Positions 38,605-51,588 of a DNA stretch of 64,000 nt are shown here, piece after piece. A program made the translations under genes and the position numbers. Source of the stretch: Narcine bancroftii (taxonomy: Eukaryota); assembly GCF_036971445.1 (NCBI RefSeq), contig NC_091482.1, positions 16,492,001 through 16,556,000 on the forward strand, written 5' to 3'. Numbering within the stretch: the stretch's first letter is position 1; every line of letters starts with the position of its first letter. The notes below the pieces were generated by a model, which saw only the letters and a list, made by a program, of their open reading frames with translations, was not told the origin of the DNA and ran no database searches.

Positions 38605-38770
38605 TTATTCTGCAAGAAACAGCACAAATCAAGCCAATTGTTGTCCTGTGCACCCCCCCTGCCCCTTCTTCTCTCCTTAATCCCCACCTTTTTAATCAGA
38701 CACTTGGCCCTTTTTGCTCATACCCTGATGAAGGGCTCAGGCCCAAACTATTAGTTAAATATCTTTGCCC
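37935..38770. mobile_element. Penelope-like 3' fragment (minus, 37935-38470) and opposite-facing terminal repeat (plus, 38640-38770)
   Basis: Homologous to 29785-30330. CTGATGA core at 38725. Confidence 0.7.
38527..38601. repeat. (CA)n microsatellite
   Basis: Perfect CA run of about 37 units. Confidence 0.98.
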
Positions 38771-38849
38771 TGGGCTGGATGGCAGAGAAAAACCCCAGCA
38801 GGATGGCAAAGGATGCTCCGGTACTTCCAGGGGAAGGGGAACATGGCTC

Positions 38850-39720
38850 CACTCTTGCTATTCAAGGTGCGCCCACTCTTCACCCTTCCAACTCAGAAGG
38901 AATGAGGGCGAACAGTGCACACATTCAACCCACATGTACCAGCGGTGGTTGTGTTCACCTTTCTGGGCCGTTTGTGTCAAGGGGGCAAGGATCTGCGTGG
39001 ACGTCAAAAAGGACACCTGGAATCTGGACCTGCAAACTCCATGTGAAGGTTAAGCTGAGAGAGGACCATAAAGGGGCCATCATCCACCTCAAACCCCCCC
39101 CCCCACCAGTGTTCACCATTAGATGTAAGGAAACCATGGGAGCATGGTCTACACTGGATAGCCCAGGGTGTACGTGTGCTGGCCCAATGTTATCTGCAAC
39201 GACTGCATGCAAGAAGGTCACCAGACCAAAGTCTGTGCAGAAAGCAAGTGCTGCAACTTGAGTGGGGAAGCCAGCCACCTCTACAGAGCTGCCCAAAACA
39301 AATAAGTACCTACACCCTGACAATAGGTGTGGGGAATCTGGTTTGGAGGGGCTGAGACATCCAACAAGAATTGGTCTGAGTGGATTGCAAAGATCCGTCA
39401 GAAATTGGGTCCGTGAGTGCAGCATTCCCTCTGAATAACAGGGAAGAACCTGATCATCAGGTGTGAGGAGCTCCCGGTACTGCTGTATGTGGCCCTTCCC
39501 CTGCACCTTCACCCTGGCTGTCTCCTGTGCAGTCTTCTGGTTCATTTGGGGATCCTAGATGGAATGGGTCTGAAGAATCCCCATGTACAAGCCACCAGAC
39601 CATAGGGGCAAGGGTGTACTCAACATGGCCCTCATCCTGATGACCACCTTCATGTATCTGGCTGTGAGTGGAACCAAAGAATGAGGGCACCAAATACTGC
39701 TATGTGTTCCGGTTCTACCT
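38850..39720. mobile_element. Tx1-clade LINE remnants: ORF1 zinc-knuckle part (+, 38850-39300) and ORF2-like part (-, 39400-39720)
   Basis: GIWTCKLHVKVKL...HLKPPP.VFTI and CNDCMQEGHQTKVC CCHC knuckle (ZCCHC3/Tx1 ORF1-like). Confidence 0.55.
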
Positions 39721-40941
39721 GTCCCAGGTGTTGTGAGGGATGGACCTGGTGCCACTGCTGTTCTTTACCCCAACCCCATTTTCTCTCTGGCCCCTGGTTC
39801 ACACTGAGTGAGTCAGACATCAGACCATCTGGACATTTGAATGTCTGCATTATCAGAGTTTAATGTGCTCATGACAAAGAGTGAGGAACACCCTGCCATT
39901 TCTGGTGCTAAATTGGAAAAAAAATGGATAATAATTTTCTAGCTGAGAGGCTGGCATAGGTGACCCATTTTCACCATTTCTCCAAGGGTTCCATTGATAT
40001 TCCAGAGCAGGAATCACAGAAATTTGAAGTATCGATACACACAGAGGAATCCTTTGGTCTGTTCTGGGCAATAGCAGAGTAACTGAAACCACAGTGGACA
40101 GCAATATAGATTTTCCCCTCATCACAAGCACCGAAATGTTTTCTGTCAGCCTCTTCCCTTGTGCAATGTTATAACAATCTCCATGGAGTGAAACACAAAA
40201 GTCTGCAGATGCTGTGATTGTGGTAGAAACACAAAGAGTGCTGGAGGAAGAGGCTCAGGACCGAAACGTCGGTTATATAATCTTTACCTCTGATGGATGC
40301 TGTGTGACTTGCTGAGTTCCTCTAGCCATCTTGTGTTTTTATTATAACAATCACTACTCATGTTCTTAAAAAAAAATATTAAAATTATTTACCTTTCTGC
40401 TTCTCAATCGCTCCAATTCTCTTCCCTCAAGGAAAACTCAATTTCCCAGCATCTGCAGTCCCTCTCGTTTACAATTTGTTGGTTATATGAAGCTTCGTTT
40501 CTCAGAGCTGCAATTTTGGACTTTGTGCATCTCCCATTTTACATTGTTAGCCTATGAGCAACAGCCATGGGGGTGCGGGGGTGGGGGGGGGAGTCAAAGG
40601 AACTCTGATAAATTCATTAACTCCGTGTGCTCAGAGTTAACGGTAAAGGTTTCAGGCTTGGGCAGCAAACTACAGAATACACACCTGTGGAAAGCAAACC
40701 TGTCATCATGCGGATTTGGGATTTCTGGCACTTCTGCCTATAATTTGAGGAGATTAACATTTCAAGCATTTTTTTTTCATCAATTCAGTACACCCAAAAG
40801 ATCTTGCTGACACAGTCAGGACATCATTACATGCATCTACAGCCATTTCAAGGTATTTTAAACACAGTTAAATCTTAAATTTAAAAATCGAGGCAGAGTA
40901 ATGGAAACTATATTTGATTTTCATAAAAGACTCACTGGTAA

Positions 40942-41118
40942 TGTACTGACAATAACCACACCAGCAGTGTGAGTATAAGACAGCTTTAATAAACTAATAT
41001 GTACACTAAGAGGTCTTGTCTCTGCAAGACGAACCTAGAAGGCTAGACTGTAGCTCTGGACTGATTTATATACAAGATGACCCCTGGTGACCTAGTGGTG
41101 TAATTACATCTCACCACA
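40942..41118 (-). mobile_element. Solo LTR (TG...CA, 5-bp TSD GGTAA)
   Basis: TSD at 40937-40941 and 41119-41123, with an ATTAAA signal on the minus strand. Confidence 0.8.
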
Positions 41119-41157
41119 GGTAATATACATGGTTCACATATTAATTTTAGAAGCAAA

Positions 41158-41408
41158 TGTGGGGGTGGGGGTGTGTGCTGAAAGGCATTTGCATAGATCT
41201 ATGGACTGGCCGGTCCGAACCTCCCTGACCTTCCCTAACCCCTCCCTTGGCTTCTCCCCGGATCTCCCAATAAAGGGTGGCGTGCCCGGACTTGGCCCCT
41301 CTTGTTCCTGAACCTTAGCCAAGTCGTGTATCAGTAATGCTCAGGTTTTCGGTCATTAAAGGTGTTTAATCACTCCATCCTGTCGATGTGATTATTGGGT
41401 GCACCACA
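41158..41408 (+). mobile_element. Probable solo LTR (TGTGG...CCACA)
   Basis: Terminal TGTGG/CCACA and internal ATTAAA. No TSD found. Confidence 0.5.
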
Positions 41409-41453
41409 AGGTGGAGAATGGGGGAGGGGTGGGGAAGAAGGGAGGTAAAGTTT

Positions 41454-41713
41454 TGTGGTGATACAACCACTACACTGGCTGCACTCCTACGGGGCAACCA
41501 CTGTACCTGTGGGTAGGCAACCTGGGTGGCTGGCCCCACCTGCCGGCTGTCAATCACCGGCCCGAAAAAGACTCGAGCCAACCTCTTCGGGAACAGTCAG
41601 ACTCGTGGAGCTAGCAGTATACTGGGACTGGTGTGTACAAGTTTAAGCTAATTAAAGCCTGTTGTACAATCTATGGATTTGACGTCAGAATTATTCGTGT
41701 AGCAGTGCTCACA
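41454..41713 (+). mobile_element. Solo LTR (TGTG...CACA, TSD agttt/aattt)
   Basis: LTR termini, ATTAAA signal and a 4/5 TSD match. Confidence 0.7.
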
Positions 41714-41882
41714 AATTTATAGGAATATCAGAAAGTTAAAATGGGTTGAGTATGAATAGTTTAAAACAAGGTACATGATGGCCATTGTAGTTTCTCAGTG
41801 GGCAAAATTCACTGAATTTCTCCTTGACCTTAATGCCAACCTCTGTCAGCTCCTCAGTTCTGCATTCTGATTGATCCAAGAA

Positions 41883-42075
41883 GGTGGCATGGTTAGTGTA
41901 GCGGTCAGTGCAATGCTATTTACAGTGCCAGCCACCTGGTTTAAATCCAGTGCTGTCTGCAAGGATGCTGTAAGTTTACCCCGTCTCTGCACAGGTTTCC
42001 TCCAGTGTTCCAGTTTCCTTACACCCTCGAAAAGAAATGGGGTTTGTAGGTTGATTGGTGCATTTGGATGGCACA
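41883..42075 (+). mobile_element. tRNA-derived SINE
   Basis: ggtggcatggttagtgtagcggtcag...gctgtctgcaagga family core. Confidence 0.8.
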
Positions 42076-45000
42076 TCCTGTATTAGTCAATATTTAAAAA
42101 TTAAAAGCAAAAATCAAGGTTATGTTCCTTTTGTCTTTTTAGCCGATGAATGGAGGCATTTCTGAATAGTCTGGGAGACAGTGCTAGGTTTGGCCATCCT
42201 CTTGATCATTTCTTTTTGGGCTTGCACCATCCCTTAGCCTTCTCCCTCCTGCACTGCAGTACTAATCCTTGTCTCACTAATCCTTTTCATAGCAAAATAA
42301 ATCTAATGTAAAAGTGGATGTTCTTCACGTTTACATCACTTCACTTACCTCGTTGAAAACTGAGGGCAGTTTCAGGAGGCAAACTCCGATCTGCCTGGGT
42401 GGGAGAGAGGGGGTACACTCAAGAGGTGGAGCGACTCTCTCCACCTCCTCCGTGAAGGTAATGCCGCTGAAGGTGGCTGCAAAGGGGCGGCCTGATGATG
42501 TCCCGATGATGTCGTCGACCCATCACCCAGCATCACGATTTTTAAAATCCCGTAAGCGCACTCAACATCGAATGGTGCGAGCCATTCTGCGCGAGCCCTA
42601 AGACTGATCTCTCTTACCTGCTTTTCAGTCATCATTTCGCCTTCTCAGCCTGTGTATGTTTGACGTCATGGCGATGGGCAGAGCTACTGCACCACTCACC
42701 CCTTCCTCCCTCAGCTCTGGAAGACGGCTCCCCCGATGCTGCTCAGTATGAAGGCTACGCTGGATCAGCCTGACAGGCCTTCTCCATAGAAAGGCCTCCA
42801 GATTGTTGCACCAGTCGCCTGCGCCTTCTCTGCATTTCTGGAATATGCTGCCTCTGTGGTGATACAGTTACAAAAAGCCTTTAAATCAGTTTCATTCACT
42901 TTCAATCACATGAATACTGTACAAAATGAGAACGAAAATGCTGCTGGAAGCAGTGTGGTCATGTTAAAGTTCCACTAAGCAGCTGTGATTAAAGTAAGAC
43001 TTGAAAGGAATTTTGGTAAATCGGATCATTGTTTGAGTTTTCGTCTAATTAACTGGTGGTTGGGCCACTTAACAAATCTTGCATTTTCAAGAACTACCAG
43101 AACTTCAACCAATTTCGAATCCGTTCTCTGTATGATTGTTGCGCCAAATCAAAGTAGCAATATTCTGCGAATGAAGGAGAATAAAACATTCTTTGTCCGA
43201 AATTCTCATTGACAACCAGTGTTTTCTTTTATGCTTAAGGGGTCTGAAACCACTGTTGTATTTTTACTGGATATTAAACATATTCAATGTGGAGGCAAAT
43301 TCATGATTTCAATGGTAAACTATCGACCATCGGAAGTGTCCTACAGGATACTATTTGCTAATAAAGTCATTTTAGGTGTATACACTGTGTAAATTATGTT
43401 CTGTTTATCAACTAAAAAATGTTATACCATTACATACAAAAATTTTAAAAATCATCATTTAATTCCAGGAGTTTCTTTTCTAGTGTGCTTTATATTTTGT
43501 GCATTCCATTCTTGTAGTCCCAGACAAAGCAGTTCCATCTTTTATCTTATATTTGTTCAGCTTTCCACTGACCTGTGTTTTTGAAGGAACATATATTAAA
43601 TGTCCATTGTGACAGATTTTCTGTTTTCTTGATTCTTGCTAAATCACTTGTTGTCTCTGCTCTTTGACCTTGTACTGCAGTTGGCTTTAAGGCTGCATTC
43701 TAAGCCTTCACCCACTGTAACTCAGTGTTCAAAATGTATTAAACAGGTTTTACCTTCCCCCCACCACCCACCTACCCCTCAAGTCAGCATTGAAAGGCCC
43801 AATCAAAATCACAAACGAGATCCTCTGAGACCCTGATACTACTTGGTAAGAACTCAGAAGAGTTTCGACATGTCATAGTATACTCTATTGAACTTTGACT
43901 GTGGAAAGTACACTGACTGGTTGCATCATGGCCTGGTTTGGAAACTTGAGTGTGGAGGAACACAGATAGCAAATGGAGCCAAGCCCATCAGAGGTACAGG
44001 CCTCCTTTCCATTGAAGACATCTGCACCTCAAGAGGGCAGCCAACATGTTAATGAATCCCCCTCACCCTGGTCACCATCTCTTGTCACTGCTACTTTCAG
44101 GCAAAAGTTACGTAAGCTGGAAGTCTGGCACCTTCAGGTTCAAGAATAGGTTTTTTTTTTAAACAGCTGTAAGGCTCCTGAACCTTCCTGAACTAATCTA
44201 ACGACAGACCTCTCTGGGACCAGCAAACCATATGCTTGCACGACTCATCATATCTTCCCTAACTGCAACTGTGAATATTTATCTATCCTTTCATACTTAC
44301 CATTCTTTTCTCTCATGTGGTAATTTAATTTATGCTTATTGTTTATTAGTGTATTTTAAGTATCTGTGCAGTTGCGGCAAAGAAGAGGAATTTCGGTGCA
44401 CCAGAACATTCATCAATAAACTCTAATCTTGTCCCTGATCAGCAGGACCATGAATAGTGTCACAATTATTCAAGTAGTCAGTGTCGCAGCCACTATTCCT
44501 GCAGTCATGGTCTGTAAAGTGTTGGGCGACCTATTCCTGGCCTCCTTTTCTTCGTGTTTGCCTGCACGATGGACCAGATTCCAAACAATCGCTGTGGAGA
44601 AATGAGCTGAGTGGACCGAGAATTCCTTCCTCTCTCACTCGCGCACTTGACAAACCTAGGACTACACTCGTGCCAACTTCTCACAAATTCTAACAGGAAA
44701 TGCAAGAAATATTCTGCAGGTCGAGCAGCATCCGTGGTAGGATGCAAAGGGTCTTTGTGGTACTGCTGGTCCCTCTAAGCTGCGGGTTGCACTTTTCGCC
44801 ACCAGCGCACAAAGGAAATTAATGTGCTCAAAAGGTTAGTTAATTATCTTGAAACAATTTCAAGTTTATACTTGCACAAGCATTCAGTGCTTCAGAAAAG
44901 AATTTGCACAACCTAAGAGTTTTTGTGTACACTGACGATTAAAATTAGAGGTGACCCTCAGCTACCCACGTTGGATACTCCATTCACTCTTTGCATCATG

Positions 45001-45414
45001 AGATCAAGACAAGGGGTAACTTTTGGTTATTCTCGGTAACAGCTGGCGCTCTCTGCTTCAGAAAGAAGCAGGATTTACTGTGGAGTAGGCGGTTGGCAAA
45101 ATGTTGTTTAATAAGTGGCAGTGGTTGCACTAATTATACAGACCGTCTGAATTAATTATATACATTCAGTGCTAGAATGACAGGGTAAATGAAAACAAAT
45201 GCAGGAAATCTGAGATTAAACACAGCCATTTAGACCTGAAATGTTTCCTCTGTTTCTCTGTCCCCAGATGCTGTCTGACTGCTGAGTGTTTGCAGAGTTT
45301 TCTGTTTCTAGTTATGACATCTGCAGTGTATTTTTTGTAAAAATTCACCATATCATTCCAAAGCTGAATATATTTGATGCTTTAATTTCAGTTGAAACAA
45401 CTCAGTGATGAACT

Positions 45415-45800
45415 GAGTTACAGGGAAAGGTTAAACAGGTGAGGACTTTATTCCCTGGAGCATAGAAGAACGAGGGGAGATTTGACAGAGGCATTTAACA
45501 TTATGAGGGGGACAGACAGAGTAAATGTTATGAGGCTTTTTCCACTGAGGGTAGGTGAGATACTCTTAACTCAGAGGACATGAGTTAAGAGTGAAAGGGG
45601 AACAGTTTAGGGGGTGCTAAAGTGGTGAATGCGGCCTGAATTTTAACATTTAACAGGAATTTGGACAGGTACACGGATGGGAGAGGTATGGAGGGCTATG
45701 GACTGGGTGCAGGTCAGTGGAACTAGGCAAATAAAATGGTTTGGCATTGACAAGAAGGGCCAAGGAGGCCTGTTTCTGTGCTGTAATGTTCTATGGTTCG
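45415..45800 (+). mobile_element. CR1-type LINE 3' fragment
   Basis: RLNRxGLYSLExRRxRGDL peptide and gttctatggttc tail. Other CR1 pieces at 8510-8770, 19570-20440, 47270-48240, 60030-61160 and 61185-62030. Confidence 0.75.
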
Positions 45801-46699
45801 ACGTATATTAAAAATGGCTTCAATCTCGTGAAGTTTTGAAGGACTAGATCAATGCAGGTTATCTCGAGACAACCCAAACTCTGCAGATTTAAGAACATGA
45901 TGATTTGCGTAGGGCCTTCAGCTGTGAATCTGATTTGCCGTTGATTAAAATCACGGCTGATCTTGTCTCAGTGTCAAAGGCCACAATCCTTGATTTCCTT
46001 AATGTGCAGACATTTATAGGCCTATCAAAGGAACACAAGAGCTGGGCTTCCTCTTACTTCCAAGGGAGAGAATTCTAAAATTTCACATTCCTCTGGGCGC
46101 CCTGTTAATAATTTCCATGTTTGTTATTATCATCTGATGTTACATGCACAACCTGACGAAACAGCGTCTCTCTAGACCACGGTGCACACACAAACACACA
46201 ACTGTGTCCAATGATCACATAAATAATCATAATAAATATATGGAAATATTTGGGATGCTTGTCACAGTTTTCACAGACTCACAACCTATGGGAGGAAGCT
46301 CTTCTCCAGCCTAGCTCTCATGATTTTGATGCTCCTGTACCTTCTTTTTGATGGAAGTGGATTAAAGATACTGCGCACTGGATGGAAAGGGTCTTCTATA
46401 ATTCCTTGAGCTAGACAATGCTTCCAGTAAATGTCATCTATAGTTGGCCTGTTTCCCATTTTTAAGTGCCCAGGGTGAATTTTTAAAATAAAATGAATAT
46501 GGCCTGTTAGAATTATAGTCTCTAACAATAAATTGCAGCGTATGTGCCTTGCACTTCTTAGTTTCAACACTAGATGTCACTGCCATTGTGAACATTGCCA
46601 TTGCAATGTTATGCATTGATGAAAAAGTTTACCTCAGTTAAAAAAAATATAATTTACCTCAGTTGATTAAAAAACAGGAAAGAGCAAGGGAGTGTTGAG

Positions 46700-46785
46700 A
46701 ATTGCAGACACGGTGGGAAAATGAATGCTTTTTCACAGAAGTCAAGGGGAAGTGTGTTTGGTTGATTTGCAAAGAATCTGTTTTC
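46700..46785 (+). pseudogene. hAT-Charlie/GTF2IRD2-like transposase N-terminal fragment
   Basis: Peptide QTRWENECFFTEVKGKCVWLICKESV resembles the Charlie-type zinc-finger start. Confidence 0.55.
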
Positions 46786-47413
46786 TTTAATAGTCTATCG
46801 ACAAATAAAGATGGACACTTGGGCTATGAACTGTATTCGCTGAGAGTTGTGGAGGAATGGTGGAGATGGCCTTGTCTCTTTCTTGATCTTTTCTCCTGTT
46901 CTTCTTTCCCTCCCAGCTTTTTATTTGGCACTGCCTTTTTGAATGAGAGTTTTAAAAAGATTTTTATTGGATTCATTTAAATTAAATTTGAGCTGCAGTT
47001 ACAGAAATGCCTTCTCTAACGTGAGCACATCAATAAACTACTGGAATGTCAACACTTACAGTAGTGATGTATAGTTATTTTGATAGAAAATGAATTTTCG
47101 ATGCTATGGGGGTTTTTGGGTCTAAAAACATAGGTTTTTCTTGCACTGTAACTGGTTCAGAACTACTGGGCATAATATTGTTTGGGCCATGGTTCCTTAT
47201 ATTTTTCTGTATGTGGCCCCCAACCAAAGATGTTTGGCCACCCTCCCATTCTAAACTTTTATTCCTTCCATGATCACACACTTTTCCACACTGTACCTGA
47301 TCTGCCATTTCCTTGTCAAAGTCCTTCTGCAGACTCAGTGCTTCCTTGACACCACCTGGCTCCCTCTTCTCATCTTTGTATCCTCTGCAAACTTGGCCAC
47401 AGAGCTACCTCAT

Positions 47414-48074
47414 TGTGGTAGAACTTCTAATCTTTTGGAGTTATTGATGGTGCATCAATTTTATTCACAATAGAATGGGGGAACATCCATGCTGGTTGAC
47501 TGTCCTGAACTGGGGATGGGGTTGTGGGACAGTCACCTTTATTCAGGGGTCTGTGGGAGGAGCCACATGTACAGTCAACCAAGGGGTGTGCCCAGGCAGT
47601 TAAACATTCTGTGGTGAATCTCTGCTGAGCTGCTAGCAGAAACTAATAGTACAATAATGAAAGACAATGGGTGCAGACACAGTTATACCCAAGGGGAGTG
47701 ACTTTAACGGTAGAGATAATACACAGCCAATGTTAGTAAGGCAAGGCTAGCCGAAGGGAAGACTGACAGCTCAGCAGAGATTCACCACAGTCTCCCCCCC
47801 ACCCTCCCCGGGCAGAAGAAGGGTTAAAATCAAAAGGACAACTACTAGGTAAAATTTAAGCAAGCAATACATGGATTCCATAATTGGCATTGAGAATTCA
47901 TAACAGCCAAAACATGCCAGTATCTAGCAAAGCAATCGAAATTTAATGAGATATTTATGAATACTGGAGCCTCTCAGGTTGTTTTCGGATTCTAGTTGAT
48001 TTTCTAATTGGAACAGGTGCAGGCCTTGTAACCTTGGGAACTGACGGTGTTGATACAGGTCCTGGATCTTCACA
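47414..48074 (-). mobile_element. Rearranged Gypsy-like LTR element remnant inserted in a CR1 fragment
   Basis: Minus strand reads PIRKSTRIRKQPERLQYS* (pol C-terminus-like), then a polypurine tract ggggggagac followed by TGTGGTGAA. CR1 sequence is continuous either side (47270-47413, 48075-48240). Confidence 0.6.
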
Positions 48075-48288
48075 TACATCCATCACTCAAACTACTGACA
48101 TATAATAGCCCCAGTACTAGGGCCTGTGGAATACCACTGGTTCACTGGCAACCAACCAGAAGAGGCCCCCTTTCATCCCCACTTTCTGCCGCCTGCTGAT
48201 GAATCTTCCAACCTGTAATACCATGGGCTCTCATCTTGTTTCACAGCACATAAGTGCTGCTCGCTGCTCTGTTTGCAATGGATTTAGA

Positions 48289-48657
48289 CCATTGGTTTTC
48301 AAACTGCCCCCTAAATTCACATTCCACCTTAAGTAATCCCTATGCCATTGGTGCTCTGTGATTAGTAAGGGATTACTTAAGGTGGGATGTGAGTGGGAAC
48401 GGAAGGTTAAGAATTACTACTCTCGACTCAATTGTTACTGAAATATTTTGTTTGAGAAAAATTGTCATTGGCCCATTTCCATTTGGAATTATGAAACCAT
48501 GCACATAACGAGTCAATTAAGTACCAGTGCTTTTCAAACTTTTTCTTTCCACCCACATTCCACCTTAAGCAATCCCTTACTAATCACAGAGCACCAATGG
48601 TATAGGGATTACTTAAAGTTGAATGTGAGGTTCATGAGGCAGGTTGAAAACCACTGA
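48289..48657. mobile_element. hAT-Charlie-type composite MITE
   Basis: Two palindromic units separated by the same spacer as in 61396-61757, in reverse orientation. Confidence 0.85.
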
Positions 48658-50034
48658 TGCAGAGCCACAATCCCATTAACCTGGCCTCATCCAGAGCGGG
48701 TATCCGCCCACTGACATTATTGTTTCACCGCAGAAATCTTGACATCATCACAGCCCCACCTTGACACGACGGGAGGGAGACCAAGAGCAGGGGAGTGGCA
48801 GGAGGAGGAGTAGGGGAGTGGCTGGAGGAGGAGGGGAGGGGGAGGAGGAGCAGGGGAATGGTTGGAGGAGGAGGAGGGGAGGAGAGGAAATACAAACCTA
48901 ACTGGCGCATAACCGCACCTCCCCATTTATTCCATGAAGTTTGACCCAACAGTTGTCTGTGTAGTAACTCCGTGTCTTTAAAAAGTGCGATTAGGCGCCA
49001 ATTGTCTGGCAGAGTGACCGACAGAATCTCCCCCCCCCCCCCCATTGTGTCGGGGAATAAATGGAGTCTGGTATTCACTGACTGAGAGTGACCCCGCGTC
49101 GTGAACAACCAGGTTGGCGTTCTGCCGGCAATTTTCGGTTCTCTAAAAGCTTTTTGAACAAAAGACCCCCCACCCACCCACCCCGAAATCCTGATCGCGA
49201 CCCTGTGACATGAGACGGGATCCCTCTAGGAACCGGCTGCCCGGTCGATTCCCGCCAGCTCCCCCGCAGAATTGCTGGAGGGACAGAACAGCCGCGGGGG
49301 ATTCCGAAAGGCAGTGGCGAAGGATCATCGCAGGCGCTGGGGCGTGGCTGGGGGAGGGGTCCCAGGCATGATCAGGGTTCATGCCCGGGAAGATATCTGC
49401 ATCTGGAGGGTTTCTGCTCCCCTCTCCCTAGTCTGCAGCGGGAGCGGGAAGGGGGGGGGACTTGCTTGCCATTCCCCTTCCACTCCCCCCTCCTCCCCCC
49501 GACAGAGCGCACATTATCGCCTGTTGACATCAGCTGAGCCGGATCCTTCCAACCCCGGAGGGGCCATTCACCTTCACCAACCCCTCTCGCCGCCTCTCCT
49601 CAACAAAGGGGGGGGGGGGGTGACGTCAGTGGAGTCCTTTATTAAAGGGAACTTTGTTTACACATTCCACAAGCAGTTTAAGCACCTACTGTCATTTTTA
49701 AAAAAAAATGTGCTGTAAAATCGCTAAGATTGAGGGAAGATATGTCCTAATAAGGCTATTCCGCCAGTCTCTTCAGTGCCACTACAGCTTTTAACATTGA
49801 CAACTCCATTTAAAATTGATCAAGACAAACCGACCAGCAATGCAATCACTTGGCACAGCTTCTTTCTCTGTGCAGCTGCCGCGTGCTGGGCTGCGTCATG
49901 ACATACCCATCCCAATTCTCCAGATATTCAGTCGCCTTCCTGCCAACTTAGTCATTCTATACCATCGCCTCCATAACATGCTGGGCATCACCATCAGATT
50001 CCGAGGACTGTGTCAGATAATGTTGTGTTTGTAT

Positions 50035-51133
50035 TGTATATAGATATGTTTTTGGGAGATAAATTGAGGCAAGGTTTCTTGTGTGGAGGGATGATATTTG
50101 TCCTTCGTAGTTGACCATGACTTCAAAATCAAATGGGAGATTGGTGGCCGTGCGTCTGGAAGTGACCAGTGAGGCTCGTCCACATGTTTCTAGTGTCGGC
50201 CACATACAAACACTTTAAAACAGATCTTATTTAAAATACTGGAGCTTTGCTCATGCTCGACATGCTGGGGCCAAGAGCCTTTGCAAATACTCTGGAGAGT
50301 GCCCAAAAGATTTCACTAATGGATTGTTGTTTACAAAAAGGCAACAGATGAAAGAACTTGTCAGAACCACAGGCTGTCTGGAAGTGAACTTTCTGTTTTA
50401 AGAGGGTCATGTGGTCTTGCAAGCAGAGAGAGTGAAACAGGTTTTCTCTCAGAGAGAGAGAGGGAGAGGGATTTCTGTTCTGCAGTTTTACAGTCAGCTG
50501 GGAATGGAACAGGACAAGCTGGCAAGCTTATGAAAAAAAACCACTTTGAGGACAGGTTGTGAGTGCTTAGTTCAGCCTGGTCAAAGCCCTTGTGGTTCAT
50601 GCAAGAGGAGAGGACTGAAATAAGAGAAACAAAAAGGAACTCTATGGTATCCTGAAAAAAAGAAGTTATCATCTGGAGAACCTTGATTGGGCAAGTTTCT
50701 TCGGCAAGACACTGAAGTGGCTGATTAAAAAGGAATCAGTAGTGGGAGTCTACAGATCTCTTTCTGAAAACCAACAATAACCTTTCTATGTGGTAACCAT
50801 TTAACTTTCAAGCACCAAAGCCTGGTGAACTTTATAAATGTTCAATTTTCTGCACAGTATAACAATTGCCCTCAACCAGTGAACTTGGAGGAGTGAGAAG
50901 TGAGATTGGTCTGTGAATCAAATAACTTTTCTGAACTTCCACACACATTATATATACGTGTGCTTAGAATTAGAAGGGGGTTAAGTTAGGCTAGTTAAGT
51001 CAATAGAAATAAGTTAGAGAGTGATTCTGTTTTCATGTTTAAAGATAATTAAAATCAACTTTTGTTTAAGTAACCATTTGTCTTGGTGAACATCTATTGC
51101 TGCTGGGTTTTGGTGTCCTCTGGGCTCTTAACA
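50035..51133 (+). mobile_element. Probable long solo LTR
   Basis: About 1.1 kb ending in gggctcttaaca with LTR-like composition and an internal (GA)n. The left boundary is uncertain. Confidence 0.45.
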
Positions 51134-51588
51134 ACATATACAGACAAACACTACATATGCAGGGCAAGTATTCATATACACAAATAAGTAATATGAGAGG
51201 CTCAGCTGGTTAGTGTGAGCAGTTCCTTTGGTCAGTGTTCTCACTGCCTGTGGGAAAAAGCTGTTTCTCAGCCTGGTGGTGCTCCTGTGTCTCTTTCCTG
51301 ATAGGAGCAGATGAAAGATGCTGTGGGCAGGGTGAAAGGGCTCCTCAATGATTTTGTGTGCCCCCTTCAGACAATGATCCAGGTCGATCATGTTGATAAG
51401 GGTGAGGGAGACTCTGTAGTAAGAGTCTCACTTTCCAATATGCTAAAGCCTCACCATGATCTAGAGAGCACGTTTACAAGTGTGTTAGAACAGCCTTTAA
51501 AACACTTCCTGCTTGACACCATCCAGGACAAAGCAACCTCCATCCCAACCATAACAGTGAGCATTCATTACCTCACTTGTTGCTTCGC

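Noticed and set aside
38850-39300. Domesticated ZCCHC3-like gene
   Set aside because: Frameshifted, with the second knuckle degenerate and adjacent Tx1-like ORF2 debris, so it is best explained as a dead retroelement.
48660-49720. GC/CpG-rich stretch as a promoter of an unannotated gene
   Set aside because: No exon or ORF support. The motifs (tgacgtca, poly-G/C) resemble interiors of the non-autonomous DNA elements at 29172 and 42365, though this is not proven.
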